Origin: Chthoniobacteraceae bacterium
GTDB taxonomy: Bacteria; Verrucomicrobiota; Verrucomicrobiia; Chthoniobacterales; Chthoniobacteraceae
NCBI GenBank assembly: GCA_031409335.1
Contig: JANNWY010000293.1
Span: 20,943 to 84,942, forward strand
Length of the DNA stretch: 64,000 nt
Direction of reading: 5' to 3'
The notes beneath the pieces are model-generated. The model was not told the DNA's origin. It ran no database searches and saw only the letters and a program-made list of their open reading frames with translations. The stretch's first letter is position 1. Each line of letters begins with the position of its first letter. The translations under genes and the position numbers were made by a program. Of the stretch, positions 36,869 through 46,189 are shown one piece after another.

Positions 36869-38398
36869 TCACAAAGTCTTCATGAACTCCACCAGCGACG
36901 CTTTTTCTCCGGCGCCGAGATTCACGCCGTAAGTGTGGCCGCTGTTGCTATCGCCGCGCACGCTCACATCGTGCCGCCAGCCAGTGCGCTCGGCTTCGAG
37001 GCCGGTGGTGATGAAACCGACGTTCACGGGATCGTACACATCGTAGCCGCGGTGGAAGATTTTTGCGCGCTCGGCCACCGGCTTCAGCAGATCGACCAGC
37101 GTCGGCACGGAGCCGTTGTGCAAATAGGGCGCGCGCATCCAGAGTCCGTCGAGCGGCGGCGATTGGTAGGCTTCGATTTTCACCATGTTCGGGCGGTCGA
37201 TACCGAAACTTTTCACGCGCTCATTGGCAATATCGGCGGCCTGCTGGATCCAGGTGTCCATGCGCTCGCGGTCGGTGCCGATCTCGGCGATGGGGATCGG
37301 TTTGTTCGTGCGCGGGCGACCCGGCTCGTGGCATTCCGCGCAGTGCTGATCGTAGATCGGGCGGCCATTTGCGGCGAGTGCAGTGTCGATCGGGAAGGGA
37401 AATTTCGGCGGCCGGAGTTCGCTGAGAAAGTTGTCCACCTCAGCCATGCGATTCTCAAACCACGCGCGGCGTTTCATCCGCCAGTTCATCCAGTCGAGCT
37501 GGCCGCGCACCTCGCCGAGCAAGTCCTGTGGCTGATTTGGGAAGTTGCCGGGCGCAGCGCCGAGGCCGAGCGCGGAGTCGATGATGACGGAGCGCACCGC
37601 GGGCGTGTCGCAGCTCCAGTTGAGGTAAAGCTCCGGGCCTTTGCGGACTTTCAGATTCCAGATCGACGGAAAATCCGCCTGTCCGGTCGTCTCATCCTTG
37701 GCCATCCCGGTCATGAAATATTTGGTGAGATTCATCGGGTCGTCCCGCCCTTTTCCCCACGCCGGCATGTGCGCGCGATCCATCCACGCGAACGCATCTT
37801 TTTGCGCGGCGAGTTCCCGTTTCGCGGCGGGAATGATGACGTGGCGATAGAGCAGGCTGTCCACGAGAGAGAGTCGGATTTCGCTTTCGATCAGCGGCAT
37901 CAGCACGTCGGCGTTGAAGCGCGGATCGTTCGCGCTGCGGTAGAGAAAGCGGATCATGCCCTGGATGTCCGCGGTGTGCGACGCCGCGCCGACGACGACA
38001 TGCGGCGTTTCATCCGGTGCCGCGCGCCACGAGCCGGTATGGCAGATCGCGCAGTTGTTCGCGACGCGTGGAAAACCCACCGTTTTTTTGGAGAAGCCGG
38101 ACGGCAATTCCTTTCCCTCCTCCCATACGAGGCCGAACGACTGATAGCCGCCGGAGCCGGGCAGGAGGTCGGGAAACACGCGCGGCAGCACGACCCAGAT
38201 CCAATACGGAATCCCGCGATTCGTTTCCGCGCCGATCGAGCCGTATTTGAAACGCTCGGCCTCGTTTTCAAATGGCGGCTGGTCCACTTCACGGAAAAAT
38301 TTCAGCCAGCCAAACCACCCGCCAAACAGCGCGAGCAGGAGGAAGACGGCGAGGAAGAAGCGGAGCTTTCTGTGTTTGCGCTTCGGTTTGGTGCTCAT
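36869..38398 (-). CDS. RoxA/MauG-like diheme cytochrome c, membrane-anchored
   Basis: CAICH, CAECH, WMRAPYLHNGSVPT, SNSGH; N-terminal TM. Confidence 0.85.
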   Translation of the reverse strand: MSTKPKRKHRKLRFFLAVFLLLALFGGWFGWLKFFREVDQPPFENEAERFKYGSIGAETNRGIPYWIWVVLPRVFPDLLPGSGGYQSFGLVWEEGKELPSGFSKKTVGFPRVANNCAICHTGSWRAAPDETPHVVVGAASHTADIQGMIRFLYRSANDPRFNADVLMPLIESEIRLSLVDSLLYRHVIIPAAKRELAAQKDAFAWMDRAHMPAWGKGRDDPMNLTKYFMTGMAKDETTGQADFPSIWNLKVRKGPELYLNWSCDTPAVRSVIIDSALGLGAAPGNFPNQPQDLLGEVRGQLDWMNWRMKRRAWFENRMAEVDNFLSELRPPKFPFPIDTALAANGRPIYDQHCAECHEPGRPRTNKPIPIAEIGTDRERMDTWIQQAADIANERVKSFGIDRPNMVKIEAYQSPPLDGLWMRAPYLHNGSVPTLVDLLKPVAERAKIFHRGYDVYDPVNVGFITTGLEAERTGWRHDVSVRGDSNSGHTYGVNLGAGEKASLVEFMKTL

Positions 38399-38404
38399 CG
38401 GGCG

Positions 38405-40357
38405 TCAAAAAGTTTTCAGATACTCGACGATCGCGTCCTTCTCGGCGGTGGGGAGATTTGTGCCGTATTGGAGCGGCGCGGGAAGGGGTGCCGGGTCTGC
38501 GTGCCCGGCGTTGCCATTGCCGGGCACGGCAGTGTCGTAGAGGAAAAATGTGCGGCCCTTTTCCGCAGCCACGTTCGAGAGGAAACCGACGCGCGCGAAA
38601 TCGTACACGTCGTAGCCGCGGAAAAAAGTTTTCGGGCGCAGCGCCGCCGGTTCGAGCAAATCGCGGAGCGTCGGCACCGAGCCGTTGTGCAGATACGGCG
38701 CGCGCAGCCAGATGCCGTCGAGCGGCTGGTTCGCGTAGCCGTTGGTCTTGCGGAAATGAGTGAAGCGTTCCTCGGGGTAGCCCGCGTACAGCAGATTCTG
38801 ATTTGCTGAAAGTTCGCGCGTGTAGGAATCGAGCCGGTGCCGATCGGTGCGGATGTCCGCGATGTCCGTGACCTTGCCGACATATTCACCCGCGAAGTCC
38901 GTGCCGCTTTTCCCGTGGCATGCCGCGCAGTAGCGCTCGTAAAGCGGCTGGCCTTTCGCCGCCAGCGCGGGGTCGATTTTCGATTTGGGAAAAGGCGCGG
39001 GCTTCGCCTTGTCACGCAGCCAGTCGGCGGTGCGCTTCATCGCCGGGCGATCTAGGATCGCGGGCCGCGCGCCCGCGCCAAAGGCCGCGCTCCGATTGCG
39101 CTCCTCGACCGATGAGTTGTTGCCGTCCCAATGCAGTTGCATCCCTTCGCGCTGTCGCTGATTCCAAATCGATGGCAGGTCGCAGTTCCCGATCCATTCC
39201 TTTTCCGGCAGCTTCGCCATCGGGAAATTGAAGAGCACTTTTGGCGGCGAAAAAGTATCCACGCGCCCCGGCCCGGTCGGCGGTTCGCGATCGAGGAAAC
39301 TCAGGAAACGCTGGCGCAACAGCAGCGTGCGCGAGCGCATCCGATCAATGACCACGAATTTGATCAGCGCACGATTGAGCGCGCTTTCGCGGAAACCGTG
39401 ATGCTCCATTTGCGCCAGTACACGATCCGCGTTGAAGCGTTCGTCGGCGACGCAGGCGAATAGGAATCGCTCGAATTTTTCGAGGTCCATGTTGTTCGCT
39501 GGCATGCCGAGATAAATGCGCGGCGCGCTCTCCGGCGTCTCGCGCACAGTGCCAACGTGGCAAACAGCGCAGTTGAGAAACACGCGGTCGATGCCCTGCA
39601 CCCGCCGTTTCGAGACGCCGATCGGCAAATCCTTGTCGCGCCCGTTTTCATCCTTCTCGTATAGGAATCCGACCGACTGCAGTCCCTCGCCGGGCAGCAA
39701 GTCGGCGAACATTTTCGGCAGCGTCTGCCAGATTGCGTACGGCACGCCCATGTCCGCCTCGCCACCCAGCGATCCGTATTTGAAATGATCGTCGTCGCTC
39801 GCAAACGTCACCGGCGTGCCGAGATCGCGCGGGTTCAGCCGGACGGCGAGGTAGATCGTGGAGGCGAGCAGCGCGAGCGCGGTAGCGGCGATGATGCGAC
39901 GCCAGAACGTCCGTGCTGGCGCGTATTGAAAGCAGACGCAAAAATGGATCGACGGTTTGCGCCAGAGGAAAACTTTTCCTAGGTAAAGGCCGGGCGCGAC
40001 CTCGCGGATTTCGTCGCGCACCATGCGCGCGACGAGCGAGGTTTTCGAGTAGTCGATGACCGTGCAGTCCGCATCGTCGTGCCAGCTTTTCCCCGGCGCG
40101 ACCGTGGCCTTGATCGCGCGGATACCAAACGCGGTAACACGGTTTTTCAGCGTGCCGCCTTGTGCGTCGAAGACTTTTCCCTGCCAGAAAAACCAGCGCG
40201 CGATCCACGCGAAAAACGGCGCGCACCAAGTCCCCGGCCACACGATCGCCGTGCCCGTCGCCTCGCCGTCCGGCAGCCCGCCCGCGGGACTTTTTCCGAA
40301 CAACTCGTCGAGCTGCTCGTAGGACATTTTGAGAAGCTGCGAGCGGTCGAGGGGCAC
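38405..40357 (-). CDS. Fusion of WxGKVF domain, TM helix and RoxA/MauG-like diheme cytochrome c
   Basis: N-terminal WQGKVF..RDEIREVAPGLYLG; CAVCH, CAACH, WLRAPYLHNGSVPT. Confidence 0.85.
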   Translation of the reverse strand: MPLDRSQLLKMSYEQLDELFGKSPAGGLPDGEATGTAIVWPGTWCAPFFAWIARWFFWQGKVFDAQGGTLKNRVTAFGIRAIKATVAPGKSWHDDADCTVIDYSKTSLVARMVRDEIREVAPGLYLGKVFLWRKPSIHFCVCFQYAPARTFWRRIIAATALALLASTIYLAVRLNPRDLGTPVTFASDDDHFKYGSLGGEADMGVPYAIWQTLPKMFADLLPGEGLQSVGFLYEKDENGRDKDLPIGVSKRRVQGIDRVFLNCAVCHVGTVRETPESAPRIYLGMPANNMDLEKFERFLFACVADERFNADRVLAQMEHHGFRESALNRALIKFVVIDRMRSRTLLLRQRFLSFLDREPPTGPGRVDTFSPPKVLFNFPMAKLPEKEWIGNCDLPSIWNQRQREGMQLHWDGNNSSVEERNRSAAFGAGARPAILDRPAMKRTADWLRDKAKPAPFPKSKIDPALAAKGQPLYERYCAACHGKSGTDFAGEYVGKVTDIADIRTDRHRLDSYTRELSANQNLLYAGYPEERFTHFRKTNGYANQPLDGIWLRAPYLHNGSVPTLRDLLEPAALRPKTFFRGYDVYDFARVGFLSNVAAEKGRTFFLYDTAVPGNGNAGHADPAPLPAPLQYGTNLPTAEKDAIVEYLKTF

Positions 40358-40408
40358 GATGAATTTCCGGTTAAAGCGTGTGCTGTATCTCGCAGGTCAC
40401 TCGCAGTG

Positions 40409-40581
40409 AGGGCCAACGGCCCAAAACAACCCAGCCCAGGGCAACGCCCTCGGTATCAGCCATATTTTCAAAACAGCCCTGAAAGGGCGGGACAATGTCT
40501 TGCCCTTTCAGGGCTGGGCCTTTTCTCAAATGATTTCCCAGGGCGTTGCCCTGGGCTGGGATATCTCGGGCCATTGGCCCT
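40409..40581. repeat. REPIN-like nested inverted-repeat element
   Basis: Three nested IR pairs: 40409-40422/40568-40581 (1 mismatch), 40430-40450/40540-40560 (perfect), 40474-40488/40502-40516 (perfect). Confidence 0.8.
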
Positions 40582-40631
40582 GCCGGAGGGCTAACGCGAG
40601 GCAGAAAGCAGGAACAAAAGGCCATGCAATT

Positions 40632-41105
40632 CTAGGCAGGAAATTTCAGTGCGAAGTGGATGAGCCGGTGCGCGTCGGGTTTCTCTTTTCCCCAATAGAC
40701 GACGCCGAGATACACGCCGGGGCTGACCTCGCGGATTTCATCGCGAATCCACTGCGCGACGATCGACGTCTGCGAGTAGTCGAGCACCCAGCACTCCTTC
40801 CCATCGAGCCAGCTTCCGTCTTTGTACACCTGCGCGATGATCGCTTTCGTGCCCAACAGCAGCAGCCGGTTTTTCAGCGTCGCGCGCTGCGGGTCCACGG
40901 GATCGGGCGTGAAAACTTTTCCCTTCCACGAAAACAGATGCACGAACTTCGCGATCGTATCCGACACCGCCGAGCCGGGCGCGACGATGGCAGTGCCTTC
41001 ACCTTCGCCGGTGGGAATGTCGCCAGCGGGCGCGTTGCGAAAAATCTCGTCGAGTTGCCCGGACGAAAGTTTCAGGAAGTCTTCAGGATTGGTGATGGTG
41101 CTCAT
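40632..41105 (-). CDS. Stand-alone WxGKVF-domain protein (paralog of the N-terminus of 38405..40357)
   Basis: WKGKVF..LKNR..LDYSQTS..IRDEIREVSPGVYLG. Confidence 0.8.
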   Translation of the reverse strand: MSTITNPEDFLKLSSGQLDEIFRNAPAGDIPTGEGEGTAIVAPGSAVSDTIAKFVHLFSWKGKVFTPDPVDPQRATLKNRLLLLGTKAIIAQVYKDGSWLDGKECWVLDYSQTSIVAQWIRDEIREVSPGVYLGVVYWGKEKPDAHRLIHFALKFPA

Positions 41106-41131
41106 GGGTTTTTCGGGTGCGTGGGTTTCGG

Positions 41132-43285
41132 TCAGAAAGTTTTCATGAACTCGATGAGCGCGAGTTTATCCGCATCGGGAAGGTCCGCGCCGAAGGTGTG
41201 GCCGCGATCCTCGATGAGGTCGGGACACATGCTGACTTTCAGCAGCGTCGGCGCGACTTCGCGCTTCATCACGTCCTTCGCCGCGTCGCCGTCGAGGCCC
41301 TTGAGTTTGATTTCGAGCAGCGATTTTTTGATTTTCACGATGAGCGTGGCGAGTTCGCCGAACGACATGTCGGGATTCACGTTCGCGAGCAGATTTATCG
41401 GCGTGCCTGCCGGGATGTGGCCGATGCGGAAGTAGCCGTCCGGGTCGATCTGGCCGGCAAGCGCCTTCTTCAAAAGGTCCGGCATGTAGTCGCTGTGCAG
41501 CGTGAATTGCGACTCCGCGGAAGTGCGCCAGATGGAATCCCTGCCCGCGCGCTTTTCCGGCCAGAGGAGTTTTTGCGCGGCGTCATCGAACGCCGCCATG
41601 CGTCCTGCGACGGACGGATCGCCGGTGTATTTTCCGAGCGCGTTGTTGTGGAAAAATGGCGCGGACGACCAGAGCGAGATGAGCGACGGCGTGCGGTAAT
41701 ATCCGGTGCCGCCCTCTGGAATCGCGAAGGTTTCCTCCGCCTCCGAGTAGGGATTCCAGTAGTCGATGCTACCGGGCGACGGCAGGTTTTTGTAAGTCTC
41801 CGACGAGAACCAATTCCACACGTGCCCGCGCTTCGCATTGGTCGCGAAGGCGCGCGCGGCGTTGGTCTTGATCTTCGTCACCGGATGCCGCTGCTCGTCC
41901 GAGAGAAAGTTCGCCGTGAGAAAGTCCGGCTTCATCACTTCTTCCGCAAAGAAAGCATCCTCATCTTTTCCCGCGGGAGGCTGTTTGCTGGAGTGGCACT
42001 TCGCGCAATTCTCCGCGAAAGCGACCTTCCCGTGCGACAGCACGGCGTCGTCTTTCGTCATGAACTCCGCGCCGCCCGGCGCGTCCGCGAGGCGGTAGGA
42101 AGTGAGCCGCATGAAGAACTTCGCGATGTTGTCCACCTTCTCCTGGGTCGCATTCCAATAAACCGAATTTTCCTGCGCCGTTTTGATGCTGAACGGCTTT
42201 TGTGGCGTCAGCCCGAGCAGCGGTTGATGCTGCTGCATCCAGTGCTGCGAGTACATGCCGATGTTGAGATAGACGCGAATCGTCGCGCCGCGCACGCCGA
42301 CGGAATCCGCGCCGTCTTTCAAAATGTAGGGCACCTTCATCGTCGCCTGCTCGCCAGGGATGAGCATCGATTCGCCGGCCATCGTTTCATCGTGGCCCGC
42401 AGCGGCGCGCGCGCCGAGTTCGAAGATCGCGTTGATCGTGTTCGGGTTGTTGATGTGATCCGTCGCGATGCGCGAAGTGTCCGAAGTCCCGCGCGGTTGC
42501 GCCTTCAACATCTCCCAGAAAAATCCGCCCTCCTTCACGTTCGGCGCGAACACGCGGCCCTCGGAAATGTATTGATTGCCAATGGCCGACGCGAGGTTCT
42601 CCCACTTTGGATTGTTCACGTCCGCCGGTGGATTCGTCGGGTGAAACGCGATGTGACACGAGCCGCAGGAAACGCCGACGCGATACGGGCGGATGAGCCC
42701 CTTCTGGGTCGCGTATTTCGGATCGCTGTTGAATTTCTCCGCATCCCACTGCTTCACCGCATCGCCCTTGAAATCGGGATTGTCGAACAGGCGGAAACCC
42801 ATCACGCCAGACGGGCGGCCGTACACGTTCGGATCAATCCCCGGCGGTTCCGGCTCGACCGCTTCGTCGATCCACAGCCCGAATTTGTCCGGCTTCATCG
42901 CCTGCTTGAAGCCCGGTTGATTGATCAGCCCGAGCACCGCGAAACGCTCGTCGCGTTTCCGTGAGTCGATCGTTTTCAGCAGATCGAAAAGGCCCAATGC
43001 CTCCCGCGCCACGCGATCCCAAAACTGCTCGTTTCCGCCGCACCAAAGATTCCACGTATTGCGGCCCTTGATCTCGTCGGCAGTGAGCGCGATGCCGCTG
43101 TCCATTGCCTTGAAAACGTCCAGCGCCAGCTCTGGAAAATCCGCTGGTTTTCGCCCGCCGCCATCATCGAGCAGCGAGTTGATTGCCAATTTTCCCGAGC
43201 CCGGCTTGTTGTTGCAACTCGCCGCCATGAATCCCACCGCGAGCACTCCCGCAGTCGCGGCGAGCAGTTTGATGTTCGTGTTCAT
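41132..43285 (-). CDS. Diheme cytochrome c lipoprotein (RoxA-like superfamily)
   Basis: Lipobox AASC; CGSCH, CAKCH; WSSAPFFHNN; DRGHTFG. Confidence 0.8.
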   Translation of the reverse strand: MNTNIKLLAATAGVLAVGFMAASCNNKPGSGKLAINSLLDDGGGRKPADFPELALDVFKAMDSGIALTADEIKGRNTWNLWCGGNEQFWDRVAREALGLFDLLKTIDSRKRDERFAVLGLINQPGFKQAMKPDKFGLWIDEAVEPEPPGIDPNVYGRPSGVMGFRLFDNPDFKGDAVKQWDAEKFNSDPKYATQKGLIRPYRVGVSCGSCHIAFHPTNPPADVNNPKWENLASAIGNQYISEGRVFAPNVKEGGFFWEMLKAQPRGTSDTSRIATDHINNPNTINAIFELGARAAAGHDETMAGESMLIPGEQATMKVPYILKDGADSVGVRGATIRVYLNIGMYSQHWMQQHQPLLGLTPQKPFSIKTAQENSVYWNATQEKVDNIAKFFMRLTSYRLADAPGGAEFMTKDDAVLSHGKVAFAENCAKCHSSKQPPAGKDEDAFFAEEVMKPDFLTANFLSDEQRHPVTKIKTNAARAFATNAKRGHVWNWFSSETYKNLPSPGSIDYWNPYSEAEETFAIPEGGTGYYRTPSLISLWSSAPFFHNNALGKYTGDPSVAGRMAAFDDAAQKLLWPEKRAGRDSIWRTSAESQFTLHSDYMPDLLKKALAGQIDPDGYFRIGHIPAGTPINLLANVNPDMSFGELATLIVKIKKSLLEIKLKGLDGDAAKDVMKREVAPTLLKVSMCPDLIEDRGHTFGADLPDADKLALIEFMKTF

Positions 43286-43680
43286 AAAACTGGATTCCAT
43301 TGCCCGCGCCTCGCGCACACCGCACTGCGGCACAATTCTTCCCGGATTGCTTTGTTGCCTCGAAAATGACTCGTCATTCGCAATCTCCGCTTTCGGAAAG
43401 TCCTTCGATTTGACCCAAACCAGCCGCGCATTTCAATCCGAAAGTTCCAAATGCGAATGCCTGCCGCGCCCCTCTGCATCGGCTTTCGGAGACGATCCGC
43501 GTGATGCCGCGCGGGGACAGCCCAGCGCGCGGATTGGATCGCAACCCTGCCCGGTACCGGATCGTTTCAATTGCGTGATTGCGTCGCTTCGACTTCGTGA
43601 TAAACACGAACCGCGTTCGGATTTCCGGTGGCAAGGGTCTTTTGCTGCGGCCGATCGAAGTTTCTCACCCGCTGATACCC

Positions 43681-44454
43681 ATGAAAAATATTGAACCATC
43701 CGCGCGTTCCGGATTCACGCTGATCGAATTGCTCGTCGTCATCGCGATCATCGCGGTACTCGCCGGGCTGCTCTTTCCGGTGATGGGCAAAGTGCGCCTC
43801 CGCAGTGTCGAGACGCGCGCGACATCGAATCTGCGACAGATCGGGACGGCGATGAATACCTACGCCGCGGAACATGATTCGACGCTTCCCGGGCCTCTGA
43901 AGGTCGAGCAATATCCGACGTTTGGAATCGACTCAAAACGGGACACCGGATCGCTTGCAAAGCTGCTCGCGCCTTACATCGGGCTCGCGGCGAGAAAAAC
44001 AAAAGAAGACGGCCAGGCGACTCCGAGCCACCTGCTCGCGGCTCCGCTGGTCAATCTGCCCGATGGCGTGACTCTGGACGAAATCGCGGGCTACGTCATG
44101 AACATGGAAATCATCGGCGACTACGATCAGCCGGCGTGGGGATCGATCGACGAAAAGGAAGAGAAACCGCCGTTGACGCGCCCGGCGCTTGGTTCGTGGC
44201 GGGAGCTGAAATCGAATCCCGAACAGACCAGCCCAAACGTCAATCTCGCGCTCCGATGGGCGATGCGGCACACGGACCAGGTGGATTGCAAGTTTTTGAA
44301 GCTCGACGGGGATTGGGTCAAGAAGCTGCCGATCGAACCGCTGTTCGGTTTCGACGCCAAAGAGCCCTCCAAGCCGGAACGCTATCAGACGCTGTTTTTC
44401 GACATGCACGTGGAGGCTTACAAGCCAACGTACGACGAACAAAAAGCGCCCTAA
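43681..44454 (+). CDS. Prepilin-type N-terminal cleavage/methylation domain protein
   Basis: [38 protein letters not shown]. Confidence 0.9.
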   Translation: MKNIEPSARSGFTLIELLVVIAIIAVLAGLLFPVMGKVRLRSVETRATSNLRQIGTAMNTYAAEHDSTLPGPLKVEQYPTFGIDSKRDTGSLAKLLAPYIGLAARKTKEDGQATPSHLLAAPLVNLPDGVTLDEIAGYVMNMEIIGDYDQPAWGSIDEKEEKPPLTRPALGSWRELKSNPEQTSPNVNLALRWAMRHTDQVDCKFLKLDGDWVKKLPIEPLFGFDAKEPSKPERYQTLFFDMHVEAYKPTYDEQKAP

Positions 44455-44837
44455 CCGGAGCTGCCTTCGATCACGACTTGAGCCACCGCGCATGTCGCGG
44501 TGTGGCTCAGGCTGACGTGAATTTTTCGCACACCGCGCGCCTGGGCGAATTCCGCGGCGGGACCGTGAAGCACGATGAGCGGCGCGCCGGATTCGCCGTG
44601 ACAGACTTCGATTTCGAGGAAACTGAGCTGTGCGCCGATGCCAGTGCCGAACGCCTTTGAGACCGCCTCCTTCGCCGCGAAGCGCGCGGCGTAGTGCGGG
44701 CCGGGAATCCGCATTTTCGAACAGTAGGCGATCTCGTTTTCCGAGAAGACGCGATCGAGGAAGCGCCCACCGTGGCGCTCGATGCTTTGGTCGATGCGCT
44801 CGACATCCACAACGTCCACGCCGATTCCAAGGATCAT
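44451..44837 (-). CDS. acpS: Holo-ACP synthase
   Basis: [21 protein letters not shown]; follows pdxJ. Confidence 0.96.
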   Translation of the reverse strand: MILGIGVDVVDVERIDQSIERHGGRFLDRVFSENEIAYCSKMRIPGPHYAARFAAKEAVSKAFGTGIGAQLSFLEIEVCHGESGAPLIVLHGPAAEFAQARGVRKIHVSLSHTATCAVAQVVIEGSSG

Positions 44838-44856
44838 GCGGGCGATGCCATGAGCT

Positions 44857-45588
44857 TCACGGTTTCATGAGCCCGAGCATTTCCGCCACTGCGGATTCCA
44901 GGCCGGTAACGACCGCGCGGCTGATGATGGAGTGGCCGATGTTCAACTCCGCGAGATTCGGCACGCTCACGATTTGGCGGATGTTCGTGTAATTGATCCC
45001 GTGCCCTGCATTCACCTGGAGGCCAAATCCGAGCGCGTGTTCGGTGGCCGAGCGAAGGCGCTTCAGCTCACCTTTTTGCATCTGACCAGTCGCATTTGCG
45101 AAGGCACCGGTGTGGAGCTCCACGATATCCGCGCGCAGTTTGACCGCGGCTTCGATCTGCGTGGGCGAAGGTTCGATGAAGAGGCTCACGCGAATCCCAG
45201 CGGCTTGCAGACGATGCACGGTGGGCTCGAGTTGCTTGATCTGCGCCGCCGCATCGAGGCCGCCTTCCGTGGTGATCTCCTGACGATTTTCGGGAACGAT
45301 GCACACTTCCTCCGGCAGCACATCGAGCGCGATGGCGACGATCTCGGGCGTGTTGCCCAGTTCGAGATTGAGCTTCGTATTGATCGTCTCGCGCAGCCGC
45401 CGCACATCGCGCTCCTGGATGTGCCGCCGGTCGGCGCGCAGATGGACGGTGATCCCGCTCGCCCCCGCGCGTTCACAAACCGCGGCGCAAAACGCAAGAT
45501 CGGGCTCGGCGTTTTGCGAATCAAGCGAGTCCGCGTAGCGCGCCTGCCGGAGCGTGGCGATGTGGTCGATGTTGACGCCGAGAAGCAT
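44857..45588 (-). CDS. pdxJ: Pyridoxine 5'-phosphate synthase
   Basis: LGVNIDHIATLR, HLRADRRHI, TTEGGLD, ELHTG, NAGHG. Confidence 0.97.
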   Translation of the reverse strand: MLLGVNIDHIATLRQARYADSLDSQNAEPDLAFCAAVCERAGASGITVHLRADRRHIQERDVRRLRETINTKLNLELGNTPEIVAIALDVLPEEVCIVPENRQEITTEGGLDAAAQIKQLEPTVHRLQAAGIRVSLFIEPSPTQIEAAVKLRADIVELHTGAFANATGQMQKGELKRLRSATEHALGFGLQVNAGHGINYTNIRQIVSVPNLAELNIGHSIISRAVVTGLESAVAEMLGLMKP

Positions 45589-45721
45589 GTGGAGGTGTGA
45601 GGTATGCAGTGACACGCCGTTCCAAAATGGAAACCAGTGCGGAATGAGTGTGCGCGCGGAACATCTTGCAACGCCACACAACACTCAACCCTCAACAACG
45701 CCCGCCGCCGCGAGTCTTCCG

Positions 45722-45925
45722 CTACGGCGCCTCATCACCGCCGCTTGCCACCCGCTTCACATGGCTCGCCGCGATCCATTCGCCCAGCTTCTGCGCGTTG
45801 CTTTTGAATCTCTGCCCGCAAAGCACATCCAGTTGCTTCACCGCCGCAACCAAGACGGCTCTGCTTCCTCGACTGCAGGGTATCGTGCCTCCACCGGCAC
45901 CAACACCGTGCGATGAAACTGCCAT
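45722..45925 (-). pseudogene. Probable degenerate C-terminal remnant of a hypothetical protein gene
   Basis: AVKQLDVLCGQRFKSNAQKLGEWIAASHVKR reads like a real helical C-terminus; no coherent N-terminus upstream. Confidence 0.35.
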
Positions 45926-46189
45926 CGTGACCCTTCCTCGCGTTCGCGCACGAGGCGACCCATTTCATACGGGTCTTAGCTAAGGCTTCTGGCTCCTCCG
46001 ATGCCGCACAGGGCGGAAAGGCGGACCGCCTTCACGAGCCAGACTCTCCGAGGCGTGCGCATCTCTCTCTGCTAGACCTTCCCCGCAGTGGTTTGACACA
46101 AGTCAACTCGCGAGGCATTTCACCCGGTTGCGGCACTTCTATTTCATAGGCTGCGCGGTTACTTTTGATAGTGAAAAAAGATAACACCC

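Noticed and set aside
36869..43285. Calling the diheme proteins rubber oxygenase (roxA) or mauG
   Set aside because: Only superfamily motifs are shared; substrate cannot be inferred
43290..43680. Riboswitch/ncRNA in the divergent intergenic region
   Set aside because: Only short scattered inverted repeats (e.g. aatgac-tc-gtcatt); no recognisable family
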